A stretch of DNA of 64,000 bases from Glaucostegus cemiculus (lineage: Eukaryota). Where the stretch lies: positions 28,520,001 to 28,584,000 of the forward strand of contig CDPCPM010000037.1 of assembly GCA_976551045.1 (NCBI GenBank), read 5' to 3'. Of the stretch, positions 11,166-23,689 are shown in pieces. The translations under genes and the position numbers were made by a program. Within the stretch, counting starts at the first letter, position 1. Each line of letters opens with the position of its first letter. The notes below the pieces were generated by a model. It was not told the origin of the DNA, did no database searches, and was given only the letters and a program-made list of their open reading frames with translations.

Positions 11166-12004
11166 CAAATCCTGCTCAAATTCTGGTACCACATGTTAAA
11201 GGGCTGGCTTCCACCCAACTCTCTAGAATACTAGGGCCAAAATGGTTCAGTTAAAGGGCAGCAATCTAGATTAGCGCTCCCTGAATCACTGATGTTCAGG
11301 AGTTCTAATTAAAGATGATGTTGGATCTGGCTCACTGCCCTGACTCACCACCCACAAAGCACTCACCCATCTGGGGCCTACTTTCTCTGGATGCAGAGGC
11401 AAGCTCACTCTCCAGACCCATGAGGCAGAACAGCCCCATGTGGCAATAGACCATTGAGGCCCCGTCCTCAAATAACCCTGATCACCGTTAATGCCTCACT
11501 GGTATAAAATACTTCTGAACTGTTTGTAAGTGTCTCTGATGGATGTATTTCAGGAATGTTCAGCTCCACATCAATATCTTAAAAGGTAAAAATTATTTCA
11601 AAAACCAAATTTCATGAAAAGAAATTCAAAATATTAACAAATAATTAAAGGATTAAAATGAAGCAAAGTAACTCAAACTCTTACCAACATTTACTTTTTT
11701 TCCACAGAATTAGTGACCCACTCTGTTTACATACCAGCCCTCCTGGCATAAAGTTGTGGGGTCAGATGTGAAGGTTACCTGGGCATCTCTCCAACATGTC
11801 AGTGTTCATGTGCTGGGCTTGACAGGGAGTCTTACAGCAGAGTGGAGCTCAATCATGGAGGATCTGACCGCCAGTCTCCTCAGATTTCTGTGTTTGGCTA
11901 TTGAACCACACTGAGATTCAAACAGCAGAGAGTTGGCCATGACTGACAGGACCCAAGGTTTCTATGATGATTTCATAAGATGGACAGGTTACGAGTATTT
12001 ACTC

Positions 12005-12118
12005 TGGAGACACAAGAGACTACAGATGCTGGAACCTGGAGCAACAAACAATCTCAGTGGGTTGAGCAGCATCTATGGAGCAAAAGGCTGTCAACATCCT
12101 GGATCAAAACCCTGACTC
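12005..12118 (-). mobile_element. Penelope-like terminal repeat fragment
   Basis: ggagacacaagagactacagatgctggaacctggagcaac..., same family as 17424-17558. Confidence 0.6.
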
Positions 12119-14110
12119 AGAGTCTTTACTCTGGTTGGATAAGTTCAGAACCAGTAGGGTATATCCTTAAAATTAGATCTTGACCATTCAGGGGCAATGT
12201 CAGGAAACTATATGTCAAGCAAAAAGCAGTGGAGAATTGAAATGGTTTCTAGGTCAATTCAAAATTTGAATGTGTAATTTAATTAGCTGAGTATGAAGTG
12301 GGATTAGGACCCAAACAGGTAAGTGGAGATGAGTTACAGATTGCCCTGATCTACTTGAGCAGCAGAACACATTCGAGAGACTGTGTGATGCACGATTTCC
12401 TCCAGCACCCTCTCTGGAACTGGCAGATGTCATGTCCATTGGCCCAGTTGTGTTTCTGCTCATCAAGGTACAGGTATCCTAGTGGCTTTTAGTTAAATTC
12501 TACTTGGTTTACTTATGTCCTTCAGGGAAGAAAACCTGGTAACATTACCTCCTCTGTCCAATATGTCACTTCAGACTGACCAATGAGGTTAACTCCTAAC
12601 TGCCCCTTTGTTTCTGGTGCAGTTAGAGATGAACAATAAATGTCAGCATTGCAAGTGATGTTTACATTGTGTGAAGGAATAAATTTAAGAAGATCATGGC
12701 TGACCTTGTACATTCATTCCAGTTTCCTGTGCTGTCTCCATTTCTCTTGATTTTCTTCATATCCAGAAATCTATTGACCTCTGTTTGAGTACACAGGATG
12801 ACTGAGCTCCAGGGTAGAGAATTCCAAATGTTCTCCAACCTCTAAGTGACAAAAATATCATTCATCTCGGTCCTAAATGTCACATGCTCTGTACTGCGAT
12901 GCCTGTTCTAGATTTGCATGAAGTTACTCAATTAATTCCTTTTTACGTGACTTATTCATGCACAGTTCTTAAATTTAACCAATCCTACATTTACTCACTT
13001 CTTTTGTGCTCTCAACTATAAACTCAGTGCTGTAAGCTAAATCTACCATTTGCACTATATCCATTCAAGATAATTTCCAGGTAACTTCTCCAAATAGGTT
13101 GTATATATGTTAATTTTACAATTTGTACTACAATTATTAATTTAGCTATGCATAACCATGAATACATTGTTCAACATATTTTCTAAACATCAACTGTAAC
13201 ACTAAATTTAACACAGTTTACAAACACATTAACTACTGCAGCAATAATAAGTAGATTGTTTTCAGTATATTGCCAAATGCCAAAAATCCAACATTATCAT
13301 TATATCATTTTCTACTTTGATTCCTTCCTCAGGCTCCTAATCTTCGTCCAACATGTTGACTTGCTGTAAAATTTGTATCATTCCTCTTTCTTGCTGCACG
13401 TGTTGAAGTTAGAAAGTTATTTCCTCTGACCTTCCTTCCCGAAGCTATTTCCGATGCTTGTAATTGAAACAGAACTGTTATCAGCCTCCCTTGATGCACT
13501 ATGCCCACACAGTTTTACTGTGATTTCATTTAGTCCTGGTCTGGTATTACAAGGGGTCTTTAGAACTCTTGAATCACCTTCACAGTGCAATCCACTCCTC
13601 TCTCGATGTATCCAGCTCACTCTGAGCGTAATTCAACCCAATTGGTGACTCCATTAATAGCAGAGGGCCTGTGGACATCAAACTTTCCTTTAAGACAAGT
13701 GTAGACTCATCCACCACATCACCATCATCTAAGTAATTGAAATAATCTTGCCACAGCACCCATGCAGAGTGTTACAACACTCACCTGTGGATTCTTACAA
13801 TGGCAGAGCTGATGTTGCAATGAACTGGTTTTGCTGAAATCACTGCCCAGCTGATGCTCTGAACTTAGGCTGCTCAAAACAGGCTGTCTTCCCCTTTGAC
13901 ACATTCACCATAATCTGCCTTACTGGCTCACTTGCTGCTCTGCAGATTTTTCGTTTTACTCAGACTCTGCAGACTGATGGGTGCCTTTTGCCGAAGTATC
14001 TCACTGGCACTAGCTTTACTTGCTGCCCCTTAATTAGATACACGGTTCCTGCTGATGGACACAGACCATCAGTACTGCAAATTCATAGGTTTTGAAAAAT
14101 GTCCTTAATA

Positions 14111-14356
14111 GAGGCAATCCCCACGTTGCTTGGGTAATACAAATTAACCCTTACGGATTAATAGATTGCTACGCAAAAATTTGAGATAAGGAATAAAATT
14201 CACTCTTACAGAATATATGTGAAAATTAAATAAATACACACAATTTTTTTCAACTCAGTTCTTGATGCATAGGCAGATGATAAGGCTTTGCATTACAGAA
14301 AATCATGATACGACCATTTTCTCGGAAAGCAACCCCCATAACACGGAGGTCGCCTA
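14111..14356. mobile_element. Tigger/pogo-like (Tc1-mariner) MITE
   Basis: TA dinucleotides on both flanks; imperfect TIRs gaggcaatccccacgtt ... aacacggaggtcgccta; homologous in opposite orientation to 22832-23107. Confidence 0.65.
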
Positions 14357-15949
14357 TATTCTCTTTATGCCCTGAGAGACATAGTCTTCACTGACATTAA
14401 AATCTCACACTATAATCCCACTTTAGGAACCATCACCTTCCATATCCCACCATACAATTTCAGCACTGCCCTTAACTTGATCTTTCCTCAATGTTTTTGC
14501 TGCACTACCTTTGCATGCAGTTGCCCAACTTGTCTCTCACCTCCTTTGAGGAATTTCTGATATAGTATCCCAGTCTATAGCAGACTGACTTGGAAGTGTA
14601 TTGACATACTTACTTATCATGGCATTCTCAATTACCAAAGTGGCTTTTAACATGCTGTCAATATTCTCCTCTTCAGCTGCCCAATAAACTCCATCCAACA
14701 GTAGATACTCTCACAACATTTAAAAAGTATCTAAAAGAGCACTTGAATTGCCAGTATATGGACCAAGTGCTGGTAATTAGGATTAATGTAGATAGGTGGC
14801 TCATGGTCAGCATAGATATGGTGGGCCAAAGGATCTGTTTCTTGTGTTATGACTCCATGAATAACTTTATAAATATGCTTGTTACTTCCACAAGAACCCT
14901 GGTGGTATTATTTGCTTTTGAGACCATCTCTACTTATTCCACGTTCTGACTAAAGGGCTGAGAGTAGTCAAGCTTGCACACTTTCCACCCATTCCTTCTG
15001 CTCTACCTACAGAACCCTGTCCACTATTAACTTTACACTTATCCACAGCCTTGTCACGCCCTCAAGCAATATCTCAAACTCATCACCACCGTAGTGTTTG
15101 TTGGCTCTTTTGCGTTATTGAGGAAAGTTACAAAGAGAGAGCTACCAATAAAACATCCTTTCATGAAAGTGATCAACATTCAACCAATAGTGGTAGCTGG
15201 TACAACCAAGTATTAAAAGTCACACCCCATGATATACAGGGTTCTTAAAGGTCCATATACACTCATATACATCAGCAGCTATAGGTTACTGTATGTGCTT
15301 AAACTACACAATTTAAGAATTTTGCTCAGAGTATCCTATATAGGGAAAACTAATATCAGTCTTTTTTCAGTCAGTCTGTATCTGACCCCCATAAATGAAA
15401 GCTAGACTTATTCCAGTCTCTAAACCGAATTTTGGTTCTCAAAATGCAAATTGACTGCACCCTTACACTATTGTTTTATGCATCGTCAAACAGTCTATGG
15501 TGTTCATCCCTGAGCATTTCTTTGCAAATAATATAGTCTGATAGCTAAGGAGGTGTGATAATGAAGAAAACATGCTTACAGAGACCATGTAATTATTCAC
15601 TTTATGATATTATTAATTGACAACCATAATTTACTTCAGCTTTCACCCTCTTCCCATGTAATCCTCAGTAATTTACCAATTGGAAAGAAAACAAATTAGC
15701 TGAATTGGTAAGGTGATATATGAAAGCCAATTAAAAATACAGGCATTTCTCAAGACAAATGATTGCAACTCTATCTTTAATATAGATAATAAAACTTTGC
15801 AAATGTTATTCAGTCCAAATAATTAAAGAGGATAATTCTCTCCTTACATATGGTTAGAAATCTTCTGAATATGTAAACATAGAGCATAATCTATGGGTTT
15901 AGCAACATAGACAGCATAGAATGAGTAAAACTTCCCAGTCGACTAGAAG

Positions 15950-16300
15950 AAGGTATTAAATAGGACAGACAATGTTTGCAGTCGTGAACACTTACAATGA
16001 TATACAAGACTGAGAACATCCTTTCTACAATACTGGGTGTTGGGAGTCCACTTGGGGAACTGTATGAAGCTTTGATTTCCTCATTTAATGAGGGGTAAGC
16101 TTGTCTTGAAGGCAGTTCATAGAAGGTTCACTAAATTGATTCCTGCGGTGAGAAGTTTAACCTGTGAGGAAAGAATGAATAGTATCAGCCTGTGCTCTCC
16201 GGAGATTAAAAAGATGAGAGTGGATCCTATTGAAAATCTTGAGGGACCTTAGGGGTTGATACTGAGGGGCTAATTCACATTGGGGTCATATTAATCTCTG
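15950..16300 (+). mobile_element. Old CR1 relic
   Basis: PHLGNC...RFTKLIP...CEERMN and RVDPIE remnants. Confidence 0.55.
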
Positions 16301-17423
16301 TAGCTCTTTGACATAAGATTGAGAGAATCTTTTCAGGAACTGACTATTTCAGACATCAGTGGAAAACAAACAGACTCTGGGAGAAAAGCCACCTGTGTTT
16401 GGACATGCAGGATGCAGAGTATTGTAATATTTTCATGACTTCACTTCCAAAATTCAATTCCATTCCCTGTTCCTATGAACCGTCTGAGATTGAAACAGAC
16501 TATTCATCACAACTGACCCCCAAGATGACAATATCATTCTCATCAGGACTGCCTATTTCCACCTCTGTACATCGCCTGACTCTGCTATCTCTCAGCTCCT
16601 CTGTTACTGAAACACTCTCTTTATTATCCCCAAGTGCAACTATCCCAATATATTTCAGGCCAAGCTTCAATTTTTTAATCTTCTGTAAGCTTCCAAAATT
16701 TAGATAACCTTGTCTTAACCCACACAGCGAACTGTTTATCAGTCCTATACTCACTGCCAAATGTTGGCTCGATTTTAAAGTTAACTAGTGCCTTTGTAGT
16801 TTAATCCTGCCCCCAGTCATTTCTTTAACTCTCTTCAGTTCCACAACACTTTGAGTCTCTTCTTGTTTTCATATTATTCACAACATAGATCGTTTGCCCC
16901 ATTGAGTACACATTCACTGTCAGAGCATTCCCATCAATCCCATTCACCCTTTTTACCCCATAACATCTTCTCTCTCACATGCCCATCAACCCTACTTTGT
17001 TTCTCCTAATTCCCACCTACACCAGGGGTACCTTACAGTGATTAATTAACCTCCCAATCAACAGATCTATGGGGTGTGAGAGAAAGCCAGAGCACTCAAG
17101 GGAAAGCTCTTCTGCTTGCCATGTACAATACAGAAACAGGTCACCGAGCTCAATTGCCCTATGTCAATACCTGTGCTCCACATAAGCCTCTTCTCATCCC
17201 CTTTATTCTCCCTCTTTTAGTGTAACATGTAATCCATCCTCCCCCCACCCTTAAAAACATCTGTGCTGTTTATACTAACTAACCTTTACAGTGAGAAGTT
17301 AAACATTCTAATCAATCTCTGGGTAAAAAAAAGTTTCTCTTCAATTCCTTGATGAATCCATTGGCAATTACCATATGTGGTTTCAATTCTGGGCTGCCCC
17401 CACTCCCCAACTATAGGTTTTTT

Positions 17424-17558
17424 CCTGATGAAGGGTCTCAGCCTGAAACATCGACTGTTTATTTCCCTCCATGGATGCTGCCTGACCTGTTGAGTTCCTC
17501 CAGCACTTTTTGTGCATTGCTCCAGATTCCAGCATCTGCAGAATTTCTTGTGTCTCCT
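17424..17558 (+). mobile_element. Penelope-like terminal repeat with hammerhead-like core
   Basis: ctgatgaagggtctcagcctgaaacatcgactg...gatgctgcctgacctgttgagttcctccagca...tccagcatctgcag. Confidence 0.7.
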
Positions 17559-17857
17559 TAACTTTGAGCAACTTAAGCTCCAAAATTTGAATCACAATTT
17601 AACCCTTAAACTAATTAATAAAATCCTTGTTTAATAAATAAGATGCAGATAATCAGCTCCTTTTTGAACGTATCAAAAAACGAAAAGATATTTGGAGTGA
17701 GGCGGTTCATTATTTAAACTCTACAATCTTTTAGGACAAGAGGGAAGGGAGTTCATGGAGACCAGGAGGCAGGGGGAGTGTTGTGCTGCAACCGGACGTG
17801 TTCACTGATCTAAACTGGCCCACAGTGAACCGTGTTTCAAGGTAGAATTCTAGGATA

Positions 17858-18262
17858 AGACAGGAAATGCTGGAAACACTCAGCAGGTCAGGCTGTATCT
17901 GTGGAGAGGGAAGCAAAGTTAATGTTTGAAGTTAATGACCTTCTGTCAGAGCCTGAGTTCTGAAATCATNNNNNNNNNNNNNNNNNNNNNNNNNNNNNNN
18001 NNNNNNNNNNNNNNNNNNNNNNNNNNNNNNNNNNNNNNNNNNNNNNNNNNNNNNNNNNNNNNNNNNNNNNNNNNNNNNNNNNNNNNNNNNNNNNNNNNNN
18101 NNNNNNNNNNNNNNNNNNNNNNNNNNNNNNNNNNNNNNNNNNNNNNNNNNNNNNNNNNNNNNNNNNNNNNNNNNNNNNNNNNNNNNNNNNNNNNNNNNGA
18201 GTTGTTGCAGTATTTCCCATTTAATTTCAGATTTTTGGCATCAGCGGTATTTTGCTTTTGGA
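17858..18262. mobile_element. Inverted Penelope-like termini spanning the assembly gap
   Basis: Minus-oriented copy at 17858-17960 and plus-oriented end at 18199-18262 flank the N run. Confidence 0.5.
17970..18198. other. Assembly gap (229 N)
   Basis: Run of N. Confidence 1.
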
Positions 18263-20639
18263 GAAAAAAAAATCTTTTGCTCTCTTAGAAATTCCACCAT
18301 GGCTTCTCCCCTCCCTGCCTCTGTAACCTCCTCCAGCCCTACCTCCCTCCACAAGCTCCGCACTTCCATAATTCTGAAACCTTTTACGCCCACTGTTGGT
18401 GGCTTGGGCTTCAGGATCTGGAGTTTGCTATTTTTTCCTGTCCCTACAGTTCTCTCATCTCCTCTAACATTCTGCATAAGGCTTACTTCTTTGACCAAGC
18501 GCTTGGTCACATGTAGCTCAACATCAACTTTTGTTTGATAATCCTCTTGTGAAAATTTGCTGCATTACAAATGCTACATTAATGCAAATCACATGAAATA
18601 GAGTCATAGAGTCATACAGCATGGAAACACACCTTTTGGCCCAACTCATCCATGCCAACCAAGAGGTCGACCTAAGCCATTTGCCCACATTTGACCAATA
18701 TCCCTCTAAACCTTTACTACTCATGTCCAAGTGTTCCATACACGCACCACTCTCTGTGTTAAGTTGCCGCTGTACAACAAAGCTCTGGCTACTTATCAAA
18801 TCTCCATGCACTGGAGTAACTGTATCAGCAACTGGACTCAGCAGTACACTGCCACTACCTGGAAGTAACTGCCTGGTCATCCACAGCACAAACTGCGCAG
18901 TAAAACCCACTCACACCAGAGCATGCTAATGAAGACATGTACATGGAATGGGATTTGCACCAAAGAGTGATTCTAATGAAAGAACAAGACAAAGTATTGC
19001 TGTAAAATTGCTTCACTGCCGAACATCATCGGAATTCGAATGAGTGTTGCATTTTCCTCCTGGAAGTCTAACACAAGGTGCTAAACTTAACCATAACAAT
19101 ATCAGTCTTTTAATTCTAACTCCACTGCATCATCCCTAAACCATGTAGATGCAAAGAAAGCAGAATTCTCTATTATCCAGCAGGAGCAGACAAAGCCATA
19201 ACATTCCTGTCACTCTGAAAGGGCAAAGTTTTCATATTTACTTGTTCCCCTGTCAAATCTAAAAGCTAGTCATGGCTGCCTATTCTATTCTCTGCTCCAA
19301 TGTTCTTGACAAACACTGTGTTTCCCTTGTAGCAGCAGAATGGTGAATGGCTGGCAGACAGCGGAAAGGATACCTGCAATTTATCTGTTTGCAGTTGGTT
19401 TTGATGACACTGTTGGGAGCAGAAAGGCTCAGAGCTGTCATCTGCCTACTTATTTCACTGTTTCTCCTTGGAGAGCGCAAGGAAGTAAAAGAAGAATGGG
19501 TGACAGCAGGGAGGGGAGTGCGAGTCAGAGAAAGCAGATCAATAAATGGGTTAGTGTTTGCATCACTATTAACACTACTGCTGTCATTGTTCCCATTCAC
19601 CGTATCACTCACTGCGAGATTCACCGGTCAATGCATTTCCCCTTCTAACAAATCCAAACAACCTCAGTGGCTATAAAAGGAAGACATTCTCTGCAAGTGT
19701 CGAGAGCAGCAAATGAACTCTCTGGTTTCACAACATAAATCACCCTCTCTTTTTCAGATAAAAGTCAACGCCTCAACTGGTCTGCATTATTTCACAACCA
19801 CAGTTTAACCTGATAGGGTGATCCGTCTCTGTCAGACTGTTAAAATGATAATGCCAATTAAATAACACAAGTAATTGCTGGTTTGTCCCTCCAGAATTCC
19901 CTTAAGATATTATTGCAGAATATGAATGAGGTCTGGTCTGCTCAGGAGAACAGCAATGTGATTTGTATCTTTTAACCTTCTTTCAACCCTGCTTCCTGAT
20001 CCAATGATCATAATTATAATTCAAATATCTGGGGTCAGTCACGGGGTTCATAAAATTCTAGAGGGGGATGAAAGAAAGCGCACTTTTAAGAGCTGGTGAC
20101 ACAAAGCACAGAGGCTCTGTTGATGAAAATCTCGGACCAGGGGCCATAAAAAGCCATATTGCTCACCAAAATCCTCACTCAAGTTACCTTTAAGTTATCG
20201 ATGGTCTGAGCAAATTGAAATGATCCTTTAGGATGCCAATAAAAGGTTTAACAACAGAAGGGTGATATTCAAGGCATCAGGAATGTCACAGGAAAGGTAA
20301 CATGAGGGAGGCCTATTCTTTAAATAACTATAGCTTTTCTCTCTTGGTTGTTTAGTTTTAACAGTGGGATTTATTTATCATTGAAATAGTAAAGCAGCTT
20401 TATCCTGTGATTATTGATTGGTTGTGTGAAAGTGTCTTAGGAAGCTGATTTTCCCACCAGGATCTTGATTAAAGAGGGAATCTGATCAGGATTCTGTCTA
20501 AAGAAGGAATCTTTTCAAAGAAGCATCAATTCGGATCCTGGTTAATGTATTTCACGAATGGACCTGTGTTAAAGACCAAAAAAATCAGAAGCTAATTTAA
20601 TTGGTGAACATACTATGCTGATCAATCTGTATCTAAAAG

Positions 20640-20880
20640 AGTGCAAATCAAAAACACTGCAGATGCTAGAAATCTAAAGCAAAAACAGAAAATGCTGCAA
20701 TTACTCAGCAGGTCAGACTGCTTCTGAAGGAAGAGAAACAGAGCTAATGTTTCAGAGAAACAAAGGACTGCGGATGCTGGAATCTGTATGATGTTAATAT
20801 GTCAGGTCTTCAGGTCCTTCTCTTCCCATGGATACAGCCTGACCCGCTGAGTATTTCCAACACTTCTGTTGTTTTATCTA
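20640..20880. mobile_element. Inverted pair of Penelope-like termini with a nested short copy
   Basis: Minus copy (gatgctagaaatct...tcagcaggtcag) faces a plus copy (agcctgacccgctgagtatttcc); flanked by tatctaaaa direct repeats. Confidence 0.6.
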
Positions 20881-21829
20881 AAAAAGAAAAAGGGATTCAC
20901 CTTTCCATTATATCTTTTCATCTGGACTTAATAACCCTTGTGAGCCAAGTTACAATCAACGATATTTGATACAAGTGGTTAGCAATGACATATCCAATTG
21001 TGTGGGGGCATGTTCGGCACAGCTTTGTGGGCCGAAAGGCCTGAATTGTGCTGTAGGTATCTATGTTCTATGGTCAATTCAAAGTTAAATCTACTTGCAA
21101 CACCCAACCGTACAAACATACAACCCATCTGAGAGCTTTAATGGACCCAAGTAGATTCTCTTTCGGCTTACTGTGTAGAACCTGTGCTTCAGGAGCTGAC
21201 TTTCCTACTGATGCACAGTATAAAAGCAGTTTTAAATTTCTGCTGGGAAATGTAGAATGCTGGGAGGCAGATCTGAGCTGGAGGAGCTTAGATAAGCAGA
21301 TGGTTCTATCACCAAAGGAGCAGGTTTACAATTTGGGGCAAAAGGTACAAAGTGCATGTAATGATTTTACATGCACTTAATGATTTTACATGATTTTACA
21401 AAGTGCATGCCACGGGTAATTATGCTCTTGAACACATTTCCTGTAAGGGCATTGGAACCTGTATCAATCAGGGAACTGGGTAGACATTTGAGAAAGAATA
21501 ATTTGCAGGACTATGGAAAAAGAGAAAGAGAATAGGACTGACAGGATTACTTTACTAGGAGCCAGCATAGACTTGAATCACTTAATACCATAATAACACT
21601 GTGATTCTCTGATACTGGATGGCATGATAACTGGCCTTGGAATATTTCCCTTGCTTAAATCAAAGCTTATTTTGAATCATGTACATAGCACCAAAGAGCA
21701 GTCTGATGGTTTCCTATTGGATTGTTCTTAATTTGATGTAAGTTACTTCCATGGATCTCAGAATTCCTCAATCTTACTATCAACCAGTACATGACAGAGA
21801 TGAAAATTTGAACATGAGTGACAAGGAAC

Positions 21830-21950
21830 ATTCTGAAAGACGTACGGGTAGGTTAATTTGGGGAGGTTTAAAAATGGGCGGCGTGGACTCGGAGGGCCGA
21901 AAGGGCCTGTTACCATGCTGTAAATAAAAAATTTAAAATTTAAATTTAAA
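21830..21950 (+). mobile_element. 5'-truncated young V-SINE (CR1-type tail)
   Basis: Near-identical to 8070-8170 and 48135-48240. Confidence 0.85.
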
Positions 21951-22831
21951 ACATTGAATTTACTCGGAACGGAGTGCCTTCTTTTCACATCTGACAACTC
22001 AATTGGTCATTGGGGGTTTGTGTTCTCTACAAGGGCTGTTTTTGACTTACATTTCCACATGATTATTCTACTATCTAATCAATGCTGCCTCGTCCTTCAG
22101 TTGCACCTTAAACAGTTCACAGTCAACCCTCTAAGAGAGCCCTCTGCAGACCTTATATTGTTTCCTACCCCTTCCCAATAGTTTGCTGAATAAACCCACA
22201 TTGACCCAAAAGGATTTATATTGATAGGACCTGTTGATATCTGGATATCAGACTTCAAAGGATGGATCTGTTTTTCAAATAGTTTTAGCCTTTGTAATGT
22301 TTCTTTAAACACAGAACATTTTTTTTCCTGTACCTATTATGTGTTTATATTGTGATCCTATTGTACAGTGGAATGCTATGGTGCTTCTCAACAATGCGAT
22401 AGCCAATCAGCCTGCATCAAGAGCAGACATTCTTACTTAGTTATTACAACATAGAAAAAGGCCATTCGGCCCATCTGGTCTAAGCCAGCTCCCAGCAGAA
22501 CAATCTCATCAGTCCCATTCCCACCCTTATTTCCCCATAGCCCTGCAACTTATTCTCTATCAACCCCCCTTGGTTCTCTCACACTCACCAACACTAAGTT
22601 GTAACTTACAGCAGCTAATTGACCCACAGGCAGGCCTTTGGAATGTGGGAGGAAACAGAGAGCACAGTGTAAACCATGCAGTCATGGGAAGGCTTGCAAA
22701 CTCAGGATTAAACCTAGGTCGCTGGAGCAGTGAAACAGCTGTTCCATCACACTGCCCATAATGTGTGCCCACTCAGCATGTAAATAGCATGTGTGCTGCC
22801 TTGTAAATAAACTTCTGTCTCTTTGGATATA

Positions 22832-23107
22832 CAGGCAAACCCCATGTTACTGTGGAGTTGCGTTCCTAGAAAATGGCCCGTATCGTGAACTTCCGTAACA
22901 TGAAGCTACGTCATCTGCAATGCATCAAGAAATGCAAGTTGCAAAAAAATAAATTTTGTGTTTAATTATTTACCTTTTTCACATAAATTTCATAATAGTG
23001 AATTCATATTCCCTATCGTAGATTTTTTTGGTGGAGATTTGTGAATTCCATAATTCACAATTTCTGCATTTCTGTTACCTGAACTGATGTGACATGGGGG
23101 GGTGTCA
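22832..23107. mobile_element. Tigger-like MITE, second copy
   Basis: TA|caggcaaaccccatgttactgtggagttgcgttcctagaaaatggcccgtatcgtg; aligns with the reverse complement of 14111-14356. Confidence 0.65.
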
Positions 23108-23689
23108 AAGGACTATTTGATGTGCCTCTATGCATTCGTGAAACCAATACAGGTTTCTTCCAAAAGCAACAGACTAGATCATTAAATTTAATCTTCATGG
23201 CTGAGCTTCCAAGTATTGAATATAGTGATCCTAAAAATTTTGTCTGGTTTCAGTTCGTGGAGATGAAATATGTTCCAATTATAGAGTCAGAGTTATACAG
23301 TATAGAAACAGGCCTTTTGACCCAACTCATCCATACCATCCCATTTAGTCCCACTTGACCACCTTCGGCCCACATGCCTCTAAATGCTTCCTATCTATGG
23401 ACATGTTCAAATGTCTTTTCCACATTGTGATTGTACCCACATCTACCACTTCCCCTGGCAGCTCATTCCATAAAGGGAAATAAAGAAATAAGGGATGACT
23501 CAACAAACTTTACATCCAATGAAGTACATTTTAAAACAGTCATTGTTTTTTTTTAGTATAAGGAACAGATAATTCCTGTAACTCATGTGAACACACAAAG
23601 GTTAAGGAACTAAGGTTTCAGACACATCTACCCATCAGCACCCGACATGAAGAAAAAAGGGTGAAAGTGGGAGTACTGAATCCTTTTAG

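Noticed and set aside
17926-18288. ORFs spanning the N run
   Set aside because: Artefacts of translating the assembly gap.
19280-19676. Three overlapping 100-115 aa ORFs as protein-coding genes
   Set aside because: No recognisable domain or homology, alternative starts, and no convincing exon structure; kept only as a non-coding island candidate.
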